From the NCBI GenBank assembly GCA_963575745.1, contig CAUYUJ010000276.1:62001-115977 (forward strand): 53,977 nucleotides of DNA, written 5' to 3'. Positions within the stretch are counted from its first letter, which is position 1. The number at the start of each line of letters is the position of its first letter. The position numbers were made by a program, and so were the translations under genes. A model generated the notes under the pieces. The model made no database searches. It saw only the letters and a program-made list of their open reading frames with translations, and was not told the origin of the DNA. This DNA comes from Prorocentrum cordatum. Taxonomy: Eukaryota. Below, in pieces: positions 48,792 to 53,977 of this stretch.

Positions 48792-51282
48792 GCGGTTTGG
48801 GGGGGGACAGTAAGGAGAGAAATGGAAGTGTAAGCAGCCATATCATGACGCAATATAAAGGGAACGAACTAAGCAACCAAGCTTCTGGCACGTATCGAGG
48901 GGAACAGGGGGTCGGGGAGGCCTGCGGAGGGCTCGAGGAAGGATGGGAAGGAAGACAGATGAGGTAGGCAGGCAGGAAGGAAAAGGAAGGAGAAGGACGA
49001 TAAATACAGACCTCGGAAAAAATAGCGAACACTCATGCCACAATCATCGGTCAACGCCTCCCCCTCCCCCCAATGTTCAAAGTTGGCGGTGGGTCTGATG
49101 ACTTAAATTTCGACCGTAGTGTCCTCCGCGCGTGCTAACTTTGAGTTTTGGGGAGAGTGGGAGTGTCCACGAATTGTTTCTCTCTACCGTAGTAGTAGTC
49201 TGACGTTGTCGAGATGGACAGAGCATGGGGGGGAGGGGGGGATGAGGTGGTGGATGTGCCTAGAGGATGACCAGGATAATGAGGAGGCCCAGGAGGACGA
49301 GCAAGAGGAGATATGAGCGAGGAGGTGGTGGCGGGAAAGGAGGATGACGAGGATGATGGGGAGCCGGGGGATACGTTACAACCAAAGTAGGAACATGAGT
49401 AGGACCATGGGTCCGTTGAGTGATGAGCTAATAAGGCACAAGCATGAACGTTTGAGAACTGACGATGACAGTTCGAGGGGCGTTGCGTCCGGCGCGGGTC
49501 AGCGAATTGGTCACATCGCGCCAGGCGTGCGGTCGAGTACCGTCTGAGATGCTGCGTATTTAGCATGCGAACACGCCAGGGGGCGAGACAATACCGTCAG
49601 CTTCCCCGAGGTGTGCTCCTCGTGTCTGGGCCCTTCATCTCTGAATGCTCCTCGTCGGGAAGTGCCTCCATGAGTGGCTGGGCCTTCGGCGATTGCACTC
49701 GTGCGGTTGACCCTGCGCCCTCCTGGCCGCGCGTCGGCGGTTGTGCGACGCGTTCAGGCCGGTACTCGTGTCTCCGAGGCTCGGCGGTACGCCGCGGGAG
49801 GGGGGAGAGTGAGAGGTGCAGGCTTTCTCAGAAGGAGAAGGATGGAGAAGGGGAAGGATGGAGAAGGAGAAGAAGAAGGAGGAGGAGGAGGATGGAGAAG
49901 GAGAAGGAGGAGGAGGAGGATGGAGAAGGAGGAGGAGGAGGAGGAGGAGGAGGAGGGAGAAGGGGAAGGAGGAGGAGGAGGAGGAGGAGAAGTAAGAGGA
50001 GAAGGTGAGAGGGAGACGGCGGAAGAGGAGGGAGGGAGGGAGGAGGAGGAGGCGAGGAGGAGGCGGAGGAGGAGGTGGAGAAGGGAGGGTGCGCACCTCC
50101 CGCCGACTATCCGATGGGGGATGGCGGGAAGCGACGAGGGGTGGGAGGCAGGGCAGGGAGACGGCGAAGGCTGGAGGGGGGGGTCAGGAGGGAGGGAGAG
50201 GAAGAGGAAAGAGGCAGTGAGTGATGAGGAGCCTGGAGGAGGGGGAGGAAGGGGGAGGCGAATGGAAGAGGGGGAGGAGGAGGATGGGAGGAGGAGAGAG
50301 GAGGAGGTAGAGGAGGATGAAAAAAGGAGGGGAGGAGGAAGGAGGAGAGGAGAAAGAAGTAAAAAGGAGGAACGACGACGAGGAAGAGGGGCGGGGAGGA
50401 GCAGCATCAGAAGGAGCAGTCAGGAGGAGGAGGAGGAGGAGGAGGAGGAGGAGGAGGAGGAGGCTGGGCTTCTCAGGAGCCCTCCGGCCTCTGAGAAGCC
50501 GTCAGCGTCTTCGAAGCAGGTTCGGAAAGCTTGTCAGAAGGCCGGACTCCTCCTGCGCCTCCTGGGGAGGCCCGCCCCATCTGCCTTCCCCCCCCCCCAC
50601 CGGGCGTGCCGCCGAGGGGCGCAGTGCCAAACCTTGGCCCTGGCGCCTGCCGACCTGGTGCTGTCACTCCGCGGCCCCGGAGGCTCCGACCGCTTCCCTG
50701 GCACCTGCTCTTCGTCCCGGATGTCCGCTTTCGGGGGGCTGCCCCCCTCGGGGGCCCGGCGCGAGGGCCCCCGAGGGCCGAAGGGAGGTCGAGGAAGAGG
50801 CCGCGGGCCGACGAGAGTCACGTCGCCGGAGGGCTGGTGCCCTCGGGCGCAGAGCACGATGCACGCGCGCCGGCCCTTGCCAGGCCCAGCCTTGGGCCCA
50901 GGATCGGTGCACGCGCCCTCCTGGCCGAGGCAGGAGGGCGTGTGCACCGATCCTGGGCTCAGGATGGACCTGGCCAGAAACGGTGTTTTCTCCCTCCTCC
51001 TCCTCCTCCTCCTCCTCCTCCTCCTCCTACTCCTCCTCCTCCGCCTCCTCCTCCTCCTCCCTCCTCCTCCTCCATCCTCCTGCCTCCTCCTCCTCCTCCT
51101 CCTTCCTTCCTTCCTCCCTCCTCTCCTCCTCCTCCTCGTCCTCTCTCCTCCTCCTCCGCCTACCCTCCTCCTCCTCCTTCCTCCTTCCTCCTCCTCCTCC
51201 TCTTCTCCTCCTCCTCCTCCCTCCTCCCTCCTCCCTCCTCCCTCCTCCTCGATGGGCACAGTCCTGCTGCCTCTGTGCCCAG

Positions 51283-51369
51283 AACATCCTCGACCTGGCC
51301 ATCGGCCACGCCCGCGTGAAGGTCGAGGCGAGGAGGGACCCGAGCCGCTACAGGCCTTTCGACGAGAAG
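51283..51369 (+). CDS. RMD/GMD-like SDR, exon I (gene probably continues past the window)
   Basis: CAG acceptor; NILDLAIGHARVKVEARRDPSRYRPFDEK (DPxRxRPxD); GC donor; no stop reached. Confidence 0.9.
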
Positions 51370-51479
51370 GCGCGCCTCCGCGCGCGCGCGCGCGGGCGGG
51401 GGCCCGCTCGTCGGCCGCCCCTTGGCGCACGTCGTCGCGGCTGGAGGCGCCCCCCTGGGGGGCAAGCCTTCGGAGGAGG

Positions 51480-51626
51480 AAAAGGTACCCATACCCCTAC
51501 CCTTCCCTCGTTTTCCCTTCTTGGGCCTCCTGGGAGGCCCTCGTCGCCACCGCTGGATTCGCCGCGAAATCCTTGTCAGAACGCACACCGGGAGAGGTCT
51601 GGAGGGTAGCGGTATCGGTACCTTTT
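51480..51626. mobile_element. MITE-like element, ~24-bp TIR
   Basis: AAAAGGTACCCATACCCCTACCCT ... AGGGTAGCGGTATCGGTACCTTTT. Confidence 0.78.
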
Positions 51627-53977
51627 GGTTTCCCCAAGCCTGGAGCAGGGGCAGTGCTACTCGGCCACGCGCAGAAGGGGGGTAGGGGGAGGGGGGGAGG
51701 CTTCGTAGCAGCACCCTTGCCTCTCAGGAGGCGCGGGCCTCGTCTAGTTATGGACGGAAGGCCCGCGCCGGAGCAGCCTCGTTCTAAGGAGCCTTCCCCC
51801 CTCTCCCCTACCCCCTTGTGCGCGCCGACAGGCTACGGGGGGTAGGGCTAAGGGGGAGTGTGCATCGACCCCGAGTCGCCCATTCATCGCTGGGCTCGGG
51901 CGAGGGGCAATGGGGGGTGACCCAAATGGGGGTTGAAGAAGGGGGTCCTGAAGGGACCCTTGGCCCTTGAGGGCCCCTGCAGGGCACTCACTGGCTCCGA
52001 AAGCGGCCCTGAAGGGCCCCTTTAGGGCCCTTCTTCACCCCCTGTGTGGGCCACCCCCCGTTTGCCACCCGCCAGAGGGGCCCGATGGCCCACCCCGCGC
52101 CCAGGAACGTCCAGTTTAGCTATCGGGGGCAGGGGGCAAGGTATATCAGCTCAGCGATGCATCGCCGACTCCAGGCCGACGGCCGACGCTTCCCCCTCTG
52201 CGCCCGTCAGTCTATCAACCCAGCGATGCAGCGCCGATTCCAGGCCGACGTTTCCCCCTCTGCGCCGGTCCCCCCCCTGAACGTACCCCCTCAGGCGCAG
52301 TTGGAGGATGGTCGGGGGCAAGCCTCGGGCCGCAGGCCCGCCAGAAAACGGCCCAGGACCAGCAGCCAGTCCCGGGCAAGGGCTCCAGACCTTTCGGGGT
52401 CGACGCTGCGAAAAAAAAAACACGACGCCGGAGTTCTGGGAAGCCTGGAACTCGGAGTGGAGGGGGGGGGTAAAGGATCGAGGTCATTCCTGGCATCGCT
52501 CGGGCGTGGGAGCTGTTCCTCCCGCAAGAGCCATCGAGGAGCACTCGTGGCCACCTCGCGACAAGCTGTGCGCACGGAGCCGGCAGATGCACGAGCGTCC
52601 GAGCGTCCCAGCGCGTGGCGAGTCGGGGGTGCTTCCGTGCCCTCGCTGGTCTCGTCGGGCTCCCCCTCAAGGTTCGGGAGGGAAAAAAGCACACGGACAC
52701 GAGGGGTCGTCGATCCCCCCGAACATATGGGAAGACATGGGAAGTGGAGGGGGAGACGAGAACCCGGAAAATGTGGGGAGAGTGGGGGATCTGGCTACGT
52801 GTGTCTGCTTCTTTGTGTGCCCCAGAGGGCCCCTTCGAAGATCCTGGCCAGCAGGGGCCGCGGCAGGCGCCCCCATGGGGGCGGGCTCTCTCGGCTGCCG
52901 GGCCCTTTTTTTTGTTGTTGCTTCTCCGGCACGAAGCGGCGGCCAGAGTTTTTCTGGAGCGTGGGGCCTCTGGACTCGGTCTGCTGGCTGTCGTTTCTGG
53001 GCAAGTAGGGGCCCTTCCTTCTCCTCCTCCTCCTCCTCCTCCTCCTCCTCCTCCTCCTCCTCCTCCTCCTCCTCCTCCCTCCTCTCCTCCTCCTCCCCTT
53101 TCCTCCTGCTCCCCCTCCTCCTCTCCCCCTCCTTCCGTCCTCCTTTCCCCCTCCTCCTCCCCCTCCTCCTCCTCCTCCTCCTCCTCCTCCTCCTCCTCCC
53201 CCTCCTCCTCCTCCCGGCGCCCCGCGAGGGGCAGCTCGTTTCGGGTTAAGTCGGGCCTGTCCCTCTACAGGAGGAGTATTCAAAAAGAGTCCAACAAGAG
53301 TCTGGGGACGATTTGTTTGACCATTTTTGCCCATTCGAGGGGTATTGTTCGAGTATCTTTTGTTTTTCGCCCAAAATTTCCCTCGAGGGGGGCAGGCCCG
53401 ACCTAACTCTGGAGCATCGTTTCGGGCAGGCCCTTGGGCGAGAATTGACGGGGTGCGATAACAAATGAAGGGGACGTCGTCAACTTTCAGCCCCCGGCCC
53501 CGCAGTTCCGCCTCCCCCGGGGGCCGTTCTGGCGCGCGTCGGGGCCAGCAGGCAGCAGCGCGCGACGGCAGACGGGCCCCCGGGCAGGGGCCGAGGAGTG
53601 GAGGACCCCGCGCCGAGAGGGTGACGGTCGCTGCTGCTGTTCCTGCCCCCCCTCTCCCCCTCTTCGTCGTGCTCCGCTCTTGCTTGGTGTTGGCGTCTTT
53701 CTCTCCGTTGCCGTTCATCATCGTTCCCTGGTTGTCTCGTCTGCCTTCCTTAGCTTCCCACATTCGTCCGCCCCCCCTGGCCCTTCTCTCTCAGCGCTGA
53801 GCGCCGGCGCGCTTGGCCGTCGGGGTGGCGCGGCGTGATCGCGCACCGCTCTCCTGCGCCACCTCCTCTTCCTCCGCATGCTCCTCCTCACCATCCTTCC
53901 ACCTCGACCTCATCCTCTCCTTCCGCTCTCGATTCTGATGTTAGGGGGCCACATGCGAACCCTACCCCTACCCCCCA

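Noticed and set aside
51654..51680. VLLGHAQK as the next SDR exon
   Set aside because: No in-phase AG acceptor, it runs into a family D MITE, and the expected LGW.P motif does not follow.
49674..51845. 723-aa ORF and other long GC-rich ORFs (1004..2281, 16463..17803, 19621..21252, 43148..44428)
   Set aside because: Products of (CCT/GGA)n tracts and stop-poor GC-rich DNA; only the embedded short exons are supported.

Overview
GC-rich eukaryotic genomic DNA, inferred to be dinoflagellate (Prorocentrum-like) from GC/GA intron donors with AG|G junctions, kb-scale introns and abundant (CCT)n tracts. Most ORF-track ORFs are low-complexity artefacts. Main contents: (1) a near-full-length, mutationally inactivated non-LTR retrotransposon on the minus strand (~3.1-12.2 kb; ORF1, then APE endonuclease-RT-CCHC finger-RNase H-Cys/His C-terminal repeats); (2) a plus-strand multi-exon gene for an extended-SDR GDP-sugar enzyme, closer to GDP-4-keto-6-deoxy-D-mannose reductase (RMD) than to classical GMD, with nine exons over 19.7-51.4 kb and its 3' end probably beyond the window; (3) a second, fragmented plus-strand LINE relic inside one intron (40.8-43.2 kb); (4) many MITE-like inverted-repeat families (one with eight copies, some nested), minisatellites and microsatellites. 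No rRNA, tRNA or CRISPR array is supported. All calls are manual readings; no database search was run.
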